DNA of 64,000 nt from Acidobacteriota bacterium (GCA_963664705.1 OY761556.1:1248001-1312000), one strand, 5' to 3'; positions 20,458-31,049 are shown, counted from the stretch's first letter. The notes: generated from the sequence alone by a model not told the origin. Program-made: numbers and translations.

Positions 20458-21508
20458 CCGCAGAATCCTCCCGAAGGCCTATGCGCCGGACTACGGCGGC
20501 AAAGACCTCGTCGACATCAATGTCCATACATTCGTTTGCTGTCGGGCATTTCCTGCCATAGCAGTTGCTGCAGGGCAGAGGATGCTGCAGCACTTCGTCC
20601 GTTTTTTTCCACGGCCCGTTTCGCACCGGTGACGTTGGACCGAAAATCCCAACCACCGGCGTCTCCAGTGCACAGGCAAGGTGAAATGGCCCTGTATCTC
20701 CTCCGATAAAAAGGCGGGCCTTTTTGTACAGGGGAATCAGCTGCATAAAAGTGACGGGGAAATGGCATGGGTGCGTGTTGCCACAGGCCTCTGTGATTTT
20801 CCGGTAGAGCGCTTCCTCTCCCGGCCCCGTTGTAACAATTACCGGCAGTGCCAGTTCTTCCTGAATGCGCCGGGCCAGCCGTCCGTATCGATCCGGGGAC
20901 CAGCATTTGGTCGCCCATCCTCCACCGGGATTAATGACGATGTAGTCATGGATATTCGCACGATGCAACAGGGAATCGATAAGAAGGGAATCGGCATCAG
21001 CAACAGCCAGGTCCACGGACGCCGCAACCGGTTCGGCTCCCGCCAATGCTGCCAGCATCTGATTTTGCACCACAATGTGGACAGGCCTTTCCGGCTTGGC
21101 CAGCTTTCGGTGGTAAAACCAGTGGGACGGTTTTTCCCTTACAAGCTCCCTGGAAAAACCCAGCCGTGTATTCGACCCGCTAAAAAAGCAGATCAGCGCA
21201 GTTTTTATGAGCCCCTGAAAATCAATCGCAATATCGAAGCGCTCCGCGCGCAACTGCCGGATCACCGTCCAGACCCGACCCCAGGCTGCCCGGCTGAAGG
21301 GGCTTTGGGCCAATGCATCGGTGTCGAGAATATGAACCGCATCAATTCCCCGGATGGATCGTGCCAGGAACTCGCTTTTTCTGGAGGCAAGCCAGTGAAT
21401 GGTCGCGTCGGGGAATTTCCTTCTCAGAGCCGCGGAGGCGGGTACGACATGCAGGATATCCCCAAGAGAGCTGAGCCGTAGAATCAGGATCTTGGGAGAT
21501 GAACTCAT
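20444..21508 (-). CDS. waaC: GT9 lipopolysaccharide heptosyltransferase I-like
   Basis: ILILRLSSLGDILH, IDFQGLIKT, GGDTGPFHLA. Confidence 0.75.
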   Translation of the reverse strand: MSSSPKILILRLSSLGDILHVVPASAALRRKFPDATIHWLASRKSEFLARSIRGIDAVHILDTDALAQSPFSRAAWGRVWTVIRQLRAERFDIAIDFQGLIKTALICFFSGSNTRLGFSRELVREKPSHWFYHRKLAKPERPVHIVVQNQMLAALAGAEPVAASVDLAVADADSLLIDSLLHRANIHDYIVINPGGGWATKCWSPDRYGRLARRIQEELALPVIVTTGPGEEALYRKITEACGNTHPCHFPVTFMQLIPLYKKARLFIGGDTGPFHLACALETPVVGIFGPTSPVRNGPWKKTDEVLQHPLPCSNCYGRKCPTANECMDIDVDEVFAAVVRRIGLREDSADERI

Positions 21509-22005
21509 GGGGTGAACTTGGACAATATTGTCTGTATCAGGTCTCTCGACGAGTGATCTTTCGGATCACCAACAATGGCGACCCGTCCGCCGTAACCGAT
21601 CACCGTATTTCGCTCCGGAACGCTTTCCTCGGTATAATCCGTCCCCTTCGCATGCACGTCCGGCTTGAGTTCCCTTAGAATACCATCGACGGTAGGCTCC
21701 TCAAACAGAAGAACATAGTCGACACAGCCGATGGAGGCGATTATTTCCGCGCGGTCCGCCTCGTTCTGCAGCGGGCGCCCCGCACCCTTCAGCGCCTGAA
21801 CGCAGGCATCGCTGTTGAGCCCGACAATCAGAAGGTCGCCCAATTGCCTGGCCGCTTCCAGATAGCGGATATGTCCCGCATGCAGCAGGTCGAAGCAGCC
21901 GTTGGCAAAGACAATCCTCTGTCCATGGGATCGCCTCTCGGCAACAATTGTTCGCAATTCCTCAATCGACCTTATCTTGTCCTTCGGGTCATTCCACATT
22001 CCCAT
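21505..22005 (-). CDS. hldC: D-glycero-beta-D-manno-heptose 1-phosphate adenylyltransferase (RfaE domain II)
   Basis: VFANGCFDLLHAGHIRYL, VGLNSD, KGAGRP, KGTDY. Confidence 0.88.
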   Translation of the reverse strand: MGMWNDPKDKIRSIEELRTIVAERRSHGQRIVFANGCFDLLHAGHIRYLEAARQLGDLLIVGLNSDACVQALKGAGRPLQNEADRAEIIASIGCVDYVLLFEEPTVDGILRELKPDVHAKGTDYTEESVPERNTVIGYGGRVAIVGDPKDHSSRDLIQTILSKFTP

Positions 22006-22011
22006 CCCCCA

Positions 22012-22995
22012 CTACCCACTGACCGCTGCCCTTATCTCTTCCCGGGTAACCGTTGCCGTGCCTCGTTTCATAACAACGATCCCCCCGGCATAATTTGCAA
22101 GCCGGGCCGCATATTCCGCAGAGGCTCCGCAGGCAAGCGCGAGAGTGAACACGGCGATCACGGTATCTCCGGCACCGGTAACATCCGCAACCTCGTCTGT
22201 CCCATGGATGGGGATATGCAGAGGTTCCTTGCGAGGCTCAAACAGGGTCATTCCAAAACGCCCTTGCGTGACGAGCAGGCATTCCAGTCGCTGGCTGCGC
22301 AAAACATGTCGCCCCACCTTGTGGAGCAGCTTCTCGTCGGACCCGATCGACATCCCGACGGAGGCTTCGAGTTCGGTAATATTGGGTGTAATGGATGTGA
22401 CATCCCGGAAATCGCCCATCCGGAACCTGGAATCCACCACGACAGGTATCCTTCTCGATGCCGCGGCCTGGCGCAATTGGTCGACAAGCGCGGGTTGGAC
22501 CGCTCCATACCCGTAATCGCTGATGATAATGCCGTCGGCCATGCCTACGCTTCGTTCCAGGGCCGTCCAGGGCAATTCCTGTTCCGCACCAGCGTTTCGG
22601 AGCCGATCGACGCGAACTACCTGTTGCGGCGCGGAGTGATGGGCGCCGGCAAGAATGCGCGTCTTTACCGGCGTGAAGTATGAACGGCTTTTCCTGACGG
22701 GACGAACGTCCGCGCCTTTCAGGCGCAGGCGGGAAACCATGTCCGTTCCCGGTTCATCCTGTCCAACCATGCCGGCAATCGTGACTTTCGCGTCGAGATC
22801 GAGAAGGTTATTCGCGGCATTCGCCGCACCTCCAGGCACGCGGACGAGATCGCGGTATTCCAGCACCAGCACGGGTGCTTCGCGCGATACCCTGGCGATC
22901 TGTCCGTAAAGAAACTCGTCGGCGATCAGATCGCCGACCACCACGATCTTTCGGCCCTGAAACCGGTCAACGATTTGTATCAGTTGTTTGCTCAT
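22012..22995 (-). CDS. hldA: D-glycero-beta-D-manno-heptose 7-phosphate kinase (RfaE domain I)
   Basis: RVSREAPV, PGGAANAA, ISDYGYG, DVTGAGDTV (PfkB family). Confidence 0.88.
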   Translation of the reverse strand: MSKQLIQIVDRFQGRKIVVVGDLIADEFLYGQIARVSREAPVLVLEYRDLVRVPGGAANAANNLLDLDAKVTIAGMVGQDEPGTDMVSRLRLKGADVRPVRKSRSYFTPVKTRILAGAHHSAPQQVVRVDRLRNAGAEQELPWTALERSVGMADGIIISDYGYGAVQPALVDQLRQAAASRRIPVVVDSRFRMGDFRDVTSITPNITELEASVGMSIGSDEKLLHKVGRHVLRSQRLECLLVTQGRFGMTLFEPRKEPLHIPIHGTDEVADVTGAGDTVIAVFTLALACGASAEYAARLANYAGGIVVMKRGTATVTREEIRAAVSG

Positions 22996-23183
22996 CAGGA
23001 GCGTGAATTTAGCAGAAAAAGCAGGGACAGTCATCAAAATCCACCAGCTGCCCCCGCGGGATCCTTTTTGCTATTTTCTATTTTGTGATCCTGGTCACTT
23101 CTTACGGCGTATGGGTGCAGTATGATCGCTGTCATCCGTGGCCGGGATGCAGATGCAGCGTCGCAAACCGGGGGATGTCGAGC

Positions 23184-24272
23184 TCATTTGCATGCGGCCG
23201 CGGGCCCTTTCTCAAGAACCTCCCGGGCTTTCCCCAGTACCTGCTGGACCGAAATTCCCTCCATGCATCGAAAGTCCGTCGGGCATTCCCGCAAAAAACA
23301 GGGATTGCAATCGACCTGGTTTTTGATGATCACAGCATTGGCACTCAGAGGGCCGGTGGCAATTTCGCTCGTGGACCCGAAAATCGCCAGTTGGGGCACA
23401 TCCAGTGCCGCGGCCAGATGCATCGGTCCCGAATCATTGGTGATGAGCAGCCGGCATTGACTGATCAATCCCATCAGTTGGCCCAGCGTCGTCCGGCCTG
23501 CCAGGATGACAGGCTTTCTTTTCATGTTGCCCGCAACCTGCTCCACGACCGGCAAGTCGCTCGACGAACCCAAAACGACAATCCGCGCATTGTATTCCTC
23601 CGCCACGCTATCGGCGACGGCCGCATACCGGTCCGGAAACCAGCGCTTGGCCGGACCATAAAATGCGCCGGGATTTAGGCCAACGAAAACTTCGTTGTCG
23701 CCAATCCCTTCCTTCCGCAAAATTTCCCTGGCTTCGCGGATATCCGAATCCTGCGCGTGGATCCGGATGGTGGGCTGATAGTCCGGTTGCTCCCATAGTC
23801 GTTTCGGCAGCCAGCCCATTTCGGCGAGCAGGTTCAGGTAATAATAGGCCTGGTGCACCTTTTTCACTTCGGTGCCGATCTGGCAGGGATGCGTCAACAG
23901 AAATGCGCGGCCGTCCCGGGCGTAGCCTACTCTTTGGGGAATGCGGGCCCACCATGCCAGCAGCGCCGCTTCGAAGGCATTTTGAAACAGAATGGCGAGG
24001 TCAAACCTGCGGGCTCGCAGTTCGGATGCCAGTTTTACAAAACCGCGCCATCCGGCATGCGCGCGTTCTTTGTCATACTCGAGGATCTCGTCGATGAATT
24101 CTCTGTCCGCGTAAATGTCACGAACCCACGGTCGCACGAGCAGGGAAATCCGCGCCTGCGGAAACAGCCTCCGGATTTCCCGCATTGCCGGGATGGCAAT
24201 GACGGAATCGCCGACCCAATTCGTTCCACGGATCAAGATCGATCGGATTTTTGCTGGATCCAATGCCTTCAC
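23184..24272 (-). CDS. waaF: Lipopolysaccharide heptosyltransferase II
   Basis: NWVGDSVIAIP, NPGAFYGPAKRW, TNDSGPMHLAAAL. Confidence 0.9.
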   Translation of the reverse strand: MKALDPAKIRSILIRGTNWVGDSVIAIPAMREIRRLFPQARISLLVRPWVRDIYADREFIDEILEYDKERAHAGWRGFVKLASELRARRFDLAILFQNAFEAALLAWWARIPQRVGYARDGRAFLLTHPCQIGTEVKKVHQAYYYLNLLAEMGWLPKRLWEQPDYQPTIRIHAQDSDIREAREILRKEGIGDNEVFVGLNPGAFYGPAKRWFPDRYAAVADSVAEEYNARIVVLGSSSDLPVVEQVAGNMKRKPVILAGRTTLGQLMGLISQCRLLITNDSGPMHLAAALDVPQLAIFGSTSEIATGPLSANAVIIKNQVDCNPCFLRECPTDFRCMEGISVQQVLGKAREVLEKGPAAACK

Positions 24273-25348
24273 CGAAACTCCTCTACCGTCTTCTTCAATA
24301 TGGTCACGAACGCCTCCGCTTCCGCGATTGTTGTGGACTGAACGGCCACCAGCAGCGGGAAATCCGGCGGTTCATCGATTTTGATGGCATCCTTCTCCGT
24401 AACGATCAAACTCGCTGCTCCCGTTTTTTGGGCCAGATCCCGGCAGCGCCGCCAGTCCTTTAGCCCCAGCCGATGATGATCCGTGAAAAAGGATGATCCC
24501 GTCAATGGGATCCCGATCTGCTCGACGTCACGCCGGAATCTTTCCGGATTTCCGAGTGCGCCGACCAGGTAAGCTGAGCGAAGGCCGGTGCTCTTTGCCT
24601 GAAATTCCATCCCGGAGGGGACACCCTTCAATCCGCGCCACCGTTCAAATGGAACAAGCCATTGAATCGATTGAGTGCAGTGGAAAATCGTTGCGCTGAC
24701 TCCTAGGCGCCTGATTTCCGCTTCCAGGCCCGCGCTCGCGGCTGATCCGACCGGACCGTTCAGGACAATAATATCGCTTCGGCGCAATCCCTGGATGGGT
24801 TCGCGCAGAGTTCCCCGGGGGAATACTCGATCGGCTGCCAGCGGACGGCTCCCGTCAATTACCGCGATGTTCAGATCCCGGCGCAGCTTTCTGTGCTGGA
24901 ATCCATCGTCGAGCAGAAAAATAACGCCAGGGTGCATTCGGGCGATCCGGCTGCCCGCCGTGAAACGGTCTTTGCATATCCCCATCCAGGAGGAGACGGC
25001 GTGGCGTCGAATAAGAGCCGGTTCATCCCCGATCCCCAGCGCCGCGGAAGGGATGGCCTCTCCCGGCCGCAGGATATGCAGGCTGCCGGGCTTCCTTCTT
25101 CCATGGCCGCGCGTGAGAATGGCCGGATCTAATCCCAGACTGGAGAGCAGCCCGGCAATGTGGATGACCAGCGGAGTTTTTCCCGTGCCTCCCAGCGTCA
25201 TGTTCCCGACACTGATGACAGGCCGGGGTAAACGGTTTTGCGCCAGGAGGGCTGATGAATACAGCCGGTTTCTCGCGCGGATGATTGCCTCGTACAGCAG
25301 GCCTGGAATGTAAACTGCCGGCGCAAGCGCCGTCGGGACTCTATACAT
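24269..25348 (-). CDS. lpxK: Tetraacyldisaccharide 4'-kinase
   Basis: PVISVGNMTLGGTGKTP, GDEP, LLDDGFQH, PRGTLRE, TEKDAIK. Confidence 0.93.
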   Translation of the reverse strand: MYRVPTALAPAVYIPGLLYEAIIRARNRLYSSALLAQNRLPRPVISVGNMTLGGTGKTPLVIHIAGLLSSLGLDPAILTRGHGRRKPGSLHILRPGEAIPSAALGIGDEPALIRRHAVSSWMGICKDRFTAGSRIARMHPGVIFLLDDGFQHRKLRRDLNIAVIDGSRPLAADRVFPRGTLREPIQGLRRSDIIVLNGPVGSAASAGLEAEIRRLGVSATIFHCTQSIQWLVPFERWRGLKGVPSGMEFQAKSTGLRSAYLVGALGNPERFRRDVEQIGIPLTGSSFFTDHHRLGLKDWRRCRDLAQKTGAASLIVTEKDAIKIDEPPDFPLLVAVQSTTIAEAEAFVTILKKTVEEFR

Positions 25349-25408
25349 GACGGAACAGGGTATCACAAAATCACGGCAAAACCTGCACGGCAAACCTGCA
25401 ACTTATAT

Positions 25409-25446
25409 ATTGTATATTTAGTCTTTTCTCTGCATAATTATCGACT
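25409..25446 (+). promoter_or_regulatory. Putative tandem ARG boxes upstream of argR
   Basis: AT-rich TGTATATTTAGTCT (25411) and TGCATAATTATCGA (25431), 20 bp apart, resembling the TGMAT-wwww-ATKCA consensus. Confidence 0.5.
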
Positions 25447-25448
25447 CT

Positions 25449-25895
25449 ATGATATCGAAAAAGGCAAGACAGGGAAGAATTCTGGAGATTATACGAAAAC
25501 GCCTGGTGCGCAGCCAGGAAGAACTCTCATCTCTTTTGAAAAAGGAGGGGGCGGAAGTTACGCAATCCACCCTTTCCAGGGATATCCGGGAATTGGGATT
25601 GGTTAAAGTACGCGGCAGCTACCAGACGTCGGGAGAGCTCCAGTCGGTGCCCCCTGCCGACGACGTGCTGCGACGCGCTTTCGGGCAGTATGTGATCCGC
25701 ACGGATGTTTCCGGGAACATGGTGGTGCTCAGAACCTCCCCCGGGAATGCGCATTCCGTCGGAGTGGTGCTGGATGCCGCACAGTGGCCGGAGGTTCTGG
25801 GGACGGTTGCGGGAGATGACACTATCTTTGTTCTTTTGCGCAGCGATCGTTTGGGGAAAAAGGTGTTGGGAAGAATTCGGGGGTTATCGGAATGA
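25449..25895 (+). CDS. argR: Arginine repressor
   Basis: SQEEL, VTQSTLSRDIRELG, RTSPGNA, GTVAGDDTIF. Confidence 0.95.
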   Translation: MISKKARQGRILEIIRKRLVRSQEELSSLLKKEGAEVTQSTLSRDIRELGLVKVRGSYQTSGELQSVPPADDVLRRAFGQYVIRTDVSGNMVVLRTSPGNAHSVGVVLDAAQWPEVLGTVAGDDTIFVLLRSDRLGKKVLGRIRGLSE

Positions 25896-26917
25896 AAAAG
25901 CGGGTTGGAGTTGTCGGGGTTAGCGGATATGCGGGGCTGGAGCTCATCAAGTTCCTCCTGCAGCATCCGGGAGTTGAGTTTGCTGCGGCCATGGATGCGA
26001 GCGAAATCGGAGAGAAGCCGCTGCACGAAGTGCATCCGCGCCTGCGCGGGTTCAGCAGTCTGATTACCTTTGCCCCCGATCCGGAGCGCGTTGCGGATCT
26101 CGGGCTGGACACCGTTTTTCTCTGTACCCCGGACAAGGTCTCCTATGATCTGGTTCCCAAGTTTATGCAGCTGGGCATCCGTGTCATCGATTTCAGCGGA
26201 GCTTTTCGCCTCAAAGAAGCCGAGAGCTACCCTTCGTGGTACGGGTTCCAGCACGCAAACCCCGAGATGCTGAATGCAGCCGTCTACGGTCTTGCCGAGT
26301 GGAATACCAAGGCGATCGCTTCCGCAAAGCTGATTGCTAATCCGGGATGCTATCCTACTTCCGTGACACTGGCGCTGCTGCCGCTGGCAAAGGCCGGAAT
26401 GCTGGAAGTGGGATCCGACATTTATTGCGACTCGAAGTCCGGAGTGACCGGCGCCGGGCGCGGGGCCAAGACAGAGCTCATGTTCTCCGAAGTTTCGGAC
26501 AACTTCCGACCCTATAACCCGATCAAGCATCGCCATGCTCCCGAGATGTGCCAGGAACTGCAGTGGGATCTGAATAATTTTACTTTTGTTCCGCACCTGC
26601 TCCCCACGAATCGCGGAATTATTTCCACGATGTATGTGCGGCTGCAGAATCCAACGAGCTCGGCTGAGATTGAGGCCGAATATGTCAAGCGATATGCCGG
26701 CCGGCCCTTTGTCCGGATCCTCGGCAATACGCAGTTGCCGGAATTGCGCTCGGTCGCGCACACCAATTTCTGCGATGTCGCCTGGCGCCTGACCCAGGGT
26801 GGACGGCGGGCCGTCATTTTTTCGGCCATTGACAATCTCGGGAAGGGAGCCGCCGGGCAAGCCCTGCAAAATTTCAATATCATGCACGGCCTTAAAGAAA
26901 CCACGGGCCTGATTTGA
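25892..26917 (+). CDS. argC: N-acetyl-gamma-glutamyl-phosphate reductase
   Basis: GVSGYAG, IANPGCYPT, SGVTGAG, IDNLGKGAAGQA. Confidence 0.95.
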   Translation: MKKRVGVVGVSGYAGLELIKFLLQHPGVEFAAAMDASEIGEKPLHEVHPRLRGFSSLITFAPDPERVADLGLDTVFLCTPDKVSYDLVPKFMQLGIRVIDFSGAFRLKEAESYPSWYGFQHANPEMLNAAVYGLAEWNTKAIASAKLIANPGCYPTSVTLALLPLAKAGMLEVGSDIYCDSKSGVTGAGRGAKTELMFSEVSDNFRPYNPIKHRHAPEMCQELQWDLNNFTFVPHLLPTNRGIISTMYVRLQNPTSSAEIEAEYVKRYAGRPFVRILGNTQLPELRSVAHTNFCDVAWRLTQGGRRAVIFSAIDNLGKGAAGQALQNFNIMHGLKETTGLI

Positions 26918-26997
26918 AGAGCAGTGGCAGTGGGCAGCGGGCGACGTTTGATCGCACCAACCTACTGCCCGCTGCCCTGCTGCCGGAAGGAGTAGAC

Positions 26998-27792
26998 GTG
27001 AGACTTACAGTCAAATTGGGCGGAAGCATTCTGGAGGATATAGGCATCCGGAGGCATATCCTGACGCAGATCGCGAAAATTGCGGCCGAGGGACATGAGG
27101 TCATTCTGGTGCATGGCGGCGGAAAGAGCCTGAATCGACGGCTTTCCCAGATGCAAATGACTTCGCAGTTCGTCGAGGGATTGCGGGTAACGGACGCGGA
27201 GACGCTGGGCGTTGCCGTCATGGTGCTGGCGGGAGAAGTGAACAAGAAAATTGTCGCCGAACTGGGCAGCCTTGGAACCAAGGCTCTCGGGATCTGCGGC
27301 GCGGACGCCAATGCCGTCCGTTGTATTTCGGTGGATGGTTTGCCGGGTTTTCCCGCCGGAATCGGTTATGTCGGAAAACCGGTCGAGGTGAATGCCGGCT
27401 TCTTTGAACTGCTTTTCGGCTATGGACTGGTGCCTGTCGTATCCAGCATCGCGGTGGGCCCGGATTCCCAGATGTACAATATCAACGCCGATCAGATGGC
27501 CTCGGCCTGTGCTGCCGGTACCCGATGTACCTCCCTGATCTATCTTACCGACGTGCCGGGTGTCAGGGACGAGCAGGGAAAGGTGATGGATGAGCTCGGA
27601 GAATCCGAGATCATGGACATGCGTTCCAAGGGGATTTTGTCCGGAGGAATGCTGCCGAAGACGTCATCCTGCCTGGAAGCCCTGAAAACCGGAGTCGGCT
27701 CTGTATTGATTTTGCCCGGTTCCAGTCCGGATATATTAACCAGATTTGCGGGTGGAAACCTTAAGGAAGGAACAAAAATCCATGCACATTAG
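26998..27792 (+). CDS. argB: Acetylglutamate kinase
   Basis: GTG start after AAGGAG; KLGGS, VHGGG, GLRVTD, NINAD, GGMLPK. Confidence 0.93.
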   Translation: MRLTVKLGGSILEDIGIRRHILTQIAKIAAEGHEVILVHGGGKSLNRRLSQMQMTSQFVEGLRVTDAETLGVAVMVLAGEVNKKIVAELGSLGTKALGICGADANAVRCISVDGLPGFPAGIGYVGKPVEVNAGFFELLFGYGLVPVVSSIAVGPDSQMYNINADQMASACAAGTRCTSLIYLTDVPGVRDEQGKVMDELGESEIMDMRSKGILSGGMLPKTSSCLEALKTGVGSVLILPGSSPDILTRFAGGNLKEGTKIHAH

Positions 27793-29005
27793 CTATGACG
27801 TGCCCAAACCGGAAGAGATCCAGTCTCTGGAAGAACAATACCTCTTTGCCACTTATAAACGAGCCGAGCTGTATTGCGAGCGCGGCTCCGGACCCTATGT
27901 TTATGATCTGAACGGCAAAAGGTACCTCGATTTTCTCGGCGGCATTTCGGTAAATTCCTTGGGATACAACCACCCCCGCCTGATGAAGGTCCTGCTTGAA
28001 CAGGGGCAGCGCATGATCCACTGCTCCAATCTTTTCTACAACCCGTACCAGGGAATGCTGGCGAAGCGGCTTGTCGAGAAGTCCGGATTGTCCCGGGCGT
28101 TCTTTACGAACAGCGGCACGGAAGCGATTGAAGCAGCGCTCAAAGTGTCGCGCGCCTACGGGCGTGCCAAAGGAGGCGACGGTAAGTCCGTGCTCCTGAC
28201 TCTCAAAAATTCCTTTCACGGCAGAACGTTTGGAGCACTCAGCATCACGACGCAGGAGAAGTACCAGGCGCCCTTCCGGCCACTGGTCCCGGATGTCGAA
28301 ATCGTGGAGGCTCTGACCGTATCGGCCCTGGAAAAGGCGTTTTCCGATCGCGTGTGCGCGCTTGTCCTGGAACCGATCCAGGGCGAAGGCGGCATTGTCC
28401 CGCTCCCGCTGGAGTTCATGAAAGCCGCACGAAGCCTGTGCGACAAATATGATGCGGTGCTGGTTGTGGACGAAATTCAGTCCGGGCTTGGACGCACGGG
28501 AAAATTTTTCGCTTTCGAGCACTTCGATATCAAGCCGGATGTCATGACGCTGGCCAAATCGCTGGCTGCAGGATATCCGCTCGGCGCCATGCTGGGCAGC
28601 GCCCGGGTCGCGGAATGCTTGAAGCCGGGAGATCATGGCACAACGTTCGGCGGCGGTCCTCTCGCCTGCAGGCTGGCACTGGAAGTTTTGGATATTATTG
28701 ATGATGAGAAGCTGCTCGCCCGGGTTGAACAGATGGGCGACTATCTCATGGAAGGGCTCCAGAAACTGGCGTCGCGCTATCCCGTGATCACCGAGGTTCG
28801 AGGCATGGGGTTGATGATTGGCGCGGAACTCGGAAGCATTGCCAAGGATGTCGTGGAAAGACTGCTGAAGAAAGGATTCATCGCAAACGCGGCGCATGAT
28901 ACCGTATTGAGATTGCTGCCTCCGTTCATCATCGGTGTACAGGACGTCGATGATTTCCTGGCCGCCTTGGGCCAGATCCTGAAAGAGATTACTCAGAAGA
29001 ACTGA
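27782..29005 (+). CDS. argD: Acetylornithine aminotransferase
   Basis: NSGTEAIEAA, SFHGRT, EPIQGEGG, DEIQSGLGRTG, TLAKSL, HGTTFGG; located in the arg operon. Confidence 0.92.
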   Translation: MHISYDVPKPEEIQSLEEQYLFATYKRAELYCERGSGPYVYDLNGKRYLDFLGGISVNSLGYNHPRLMKVLLEQGQRMIHCSNLFYNPYQGMLAKRLVEKSGLSRAFFTNSGTEAIEAALKVSRAYGRAKGGDGKSVLLTLKNSFHGRTFGALSITTQEKYQAPFRPLVPDVEIVEALTVSALEKAFSDRVCALVLEPIQGEGGIVPLPLEFMKAARSLCDKYDAVLVVDEIQSGLGRTGKFFAFEHFDIKPDVMTLAKSLAAGYPLGAMLGSARVAECLKPGDHGTTFGGGPLACRLALEVLDIIDDEKLLARVEQMGDYLMEGLQKLASRYPVITEVRGMGLMIGAELGSIAKDVVERLLKKGFIANAAHDTVLRLLPPFIIGVQDVDDFLAALGQILKEITQKN

Positions 29006-29019
29006 TTGAGAGGGGCGCC

Positions 29020-29532
29020 ATGTCCGACCAAGCCTCGCTGCATTCCATCGATCCGGCACCGTGCACAGAGCCTGTGGTCCGAAAGGCCCGGCTGTCGGAT
29101 GTCAATGACATGTTCCGTATTATCAATCACTATGCGGAAATGCAGTTGATGCTCCCGAAAACGCAGCTGCAGCTTTACGAAAACCTGCGTGATTACAGCA
29201 TCGTGACGGAATCTTCGGATCCGACGCGCGTGTTGGCATGTGGCGCCCTTCATATTTACTGGGAGAATCTTGCGGAAGTCCGCGCAGTCGCCGTGGCTCC
29301 CGGGATAACCCGCAAAGGCATTGGAACCCTTCTCGTGGAACAGCTTCTCGAAGAGGCGCGCGAACTCGAGATCGAACAGGTTTTTGTGTTTACGTATGAA
29401 CCCAGGTTTTTCGGGCGTTTCGGTTTTATCCAGGTGGAGCACCGGACCATGCCGTTGAAGGTATACAACGAGTGCTTCCACTGTCCCAAGTTCAACAAAT
29501 GCGATGAACTCGCTATGGTATTGCACCTATGA
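29020..29532 (+). CDS. argA: Short GNAT N-acetylglutamate synthase-like acetyltransferase
   Basis: VRKARLSDV, LAEVRAVAV, RKGIGTLLV, C-terminal ECFHCPKFNKCDE; arg operon context. Confidence 0.75.
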   Translation: MSDQASLHSIDPAPCTEPVVRKARLSDVNDMFRIINHYAEMQLMLPKTQLQLYENLRDYSIVTESSDPTRVLACGALHIYWENLAEVRAVAVAPGITRKGIGTLLVEQLLEEARELEIEQVFVFTYEPRFFGRFGFIQVEHRTMPLKVYNECFHCPKFNKCDELAMVLHL

Positions 29533-30773
29533 AATCTCAGAAGAGCCGTTCGAAGACATCCTCCAGCACCGGTTGGCGTATCGTGGAAGGAGGAATCACC
29601 GCACCCCAGGGTTATCTCGCATCCGGAGTATCGGCAGGAGTCAAAAAGAAAGGGTTGGACCTGGCGGTTATTTTTTCCTCCCAGCCGGCTTCTGCTGCCG
29701 GCGTTTTTACTCTGAACCAGGTACAGGCTGCCCCGGTCCTGCTGAGCAAGGAGAATCTGAAACTGTCTCGCGGCCGCGCCCGTGCCATCCTGATCAATGC
29801 CGGGTGCGCGAATGCCTGCACCGGCGAACAGGGAATGAAGGATGCCGTGATCACCACGCGGTGCCTCGCCTCCCACCTCGAAGTGGATCCGGCGCAGATT
29901 CTCGTAGCCAGCACAGGCGTTATTGGAGCCTTTCTCCCCGTTCCGAAAGTCATGAAAGGAATCGCCAGTGCCGTTTCCGCTCTGAACTCGCAGGGCAGCG
30001 GCGCCGCAGTGCGCGCCATCATGACCACCGATACGCAGGAAAAATTTATCGCGGTTGAAGGGCGTATCGGGGGAAAGACCGTTCGGATTGGCGGGATTGC
30101 CAAAGGCTCCGGGATGATTCATCCCAACATGGCGACTATGCTCGGATTCATCACGACCGATGTTCAGCTGTCCCCGCGTGAACTGGGGAAGATGCTGCGC
30201 CGCGTCACCGACTATACCTTCAACTGCCTTACCGTTGACGGGGATACCTCCACGAATGACACCGTTTTTGCGATGGCCAATGGCGCCTCCGGCGCCTCCC
30301 TGGATGACAGCCGGTCCGCCTCCATGTTTGAAAAAGGACTGGCCATCGTCTGCGCGGAACTGGCCAAGAGTATTGCCAGGGACGGTGAGGGTGCGACCAA
30401 GTTTGTCGAGGTTCTTGTCAAAGGCGCTTCCGATTTCGAGTCGGCCCGCGTGATTGGAAAGACGATTGCCAATTCTCCCCTCGTGAAGACGGCATTATAT
30501 GGACAGGAGCTGAACTGGGGCCGGATCCTGTGCGCCGTGGGATACAGCGGTATTCCATTTGACCAGGAGCAGATCGTCCTCAGCCTCAACGGCATCCCTA
30601 TTTTTCGCAATGGTTCTCCCGTTGCCTCCACACGGGCTCGCGCGGAAGAGGCAATCCGGGACAAAGATCTGTTGATTGAGGTCGATCTGGGCGACGGAAA
30701 GGCTTCTGCGCGGATCTGGACCTGCGACCTGAGCCACAAATATGTGGATATTAACGCCAGCTATATTTCGTAA
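29529..30773 (+). CDS. argJ: Ornithine acetyltransferase ArgJ
   Basis: AGVFTLN, STGVIG, IMTTDT, KGSGMIHPNMATML (autocleavage Thr), DGDTSTND, DGEGATK. Confidence 0.96.
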   Translation: MKSQKSRSKTSSSTGWRIVEGGITAPQGYLASGVSAGVKKKGLDLAVIFSSQPASAAGVFTLNQVQAAPVLLSKENLKLSRGRARAILINAGCANACTGEQGMKDAVITTRCLASHLEVDPAQILVASTGVIGAFLPVPKVMKGIASAVSALNSQGSGAAVRAIMTTDTQEKFIAVEGRIGGKTVRIGGIAKGSGMIHPNMATMLGFITTDVQLSPRELGKMLRRVTDYTFNCLTVDGDTSTNDTVFAMANGASGASLDDSRSASMFEKGLAIVCAELAKSIARDGEGATKFVEVLVKGASDFESARVIGKTIANSPLVKTALYGQELNWGRILCAVGYSGIPFDQEQIVLSLNGIPIFRNGSPVASTRARAEEAIRDKDLLIEVDLGDGKASARIWTCDLSHKYVDINASYIS

Positions 30774-30799
30774 GCTGACGACTGAGACCGCCGGCCTCT

Positions 30800-30980
30800 C
30801 GCCTGATGCCGCATACTATTTGTTCTGAAATCGGCGATGCGAGCGAGGCACCAGGCCCGGAGGGCTGAAAGCGAGTAGCCGGGGGTGAGCGCTTTTTGCG
30901 ACCCCCCGGATTGGATTAGGCCAGTAACAAGCCCCGATGGGCGGCAGAATGCCGATCGTTCGCTCCCTTCGGAGCGGATA
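30800..30980 (+). repeat. Dispersed REP/MITE-like element, copy 2
   Basis: CCTGATGCCGCATAC..GAAAGCGAGTAGCCGGGGGTGA..ACCCCCCGGATTGG..CCAGTAACAAGCCCC..GGCGGCAGAA. Confidence 0.85.
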
Positions 30981-31049
30981 TGCATCGCGCCTCAAGTTCC
31001 TTGGCTAAATAGTATGTGACATTGGCCGGAACGGCGGCGCTCCCGGTGG

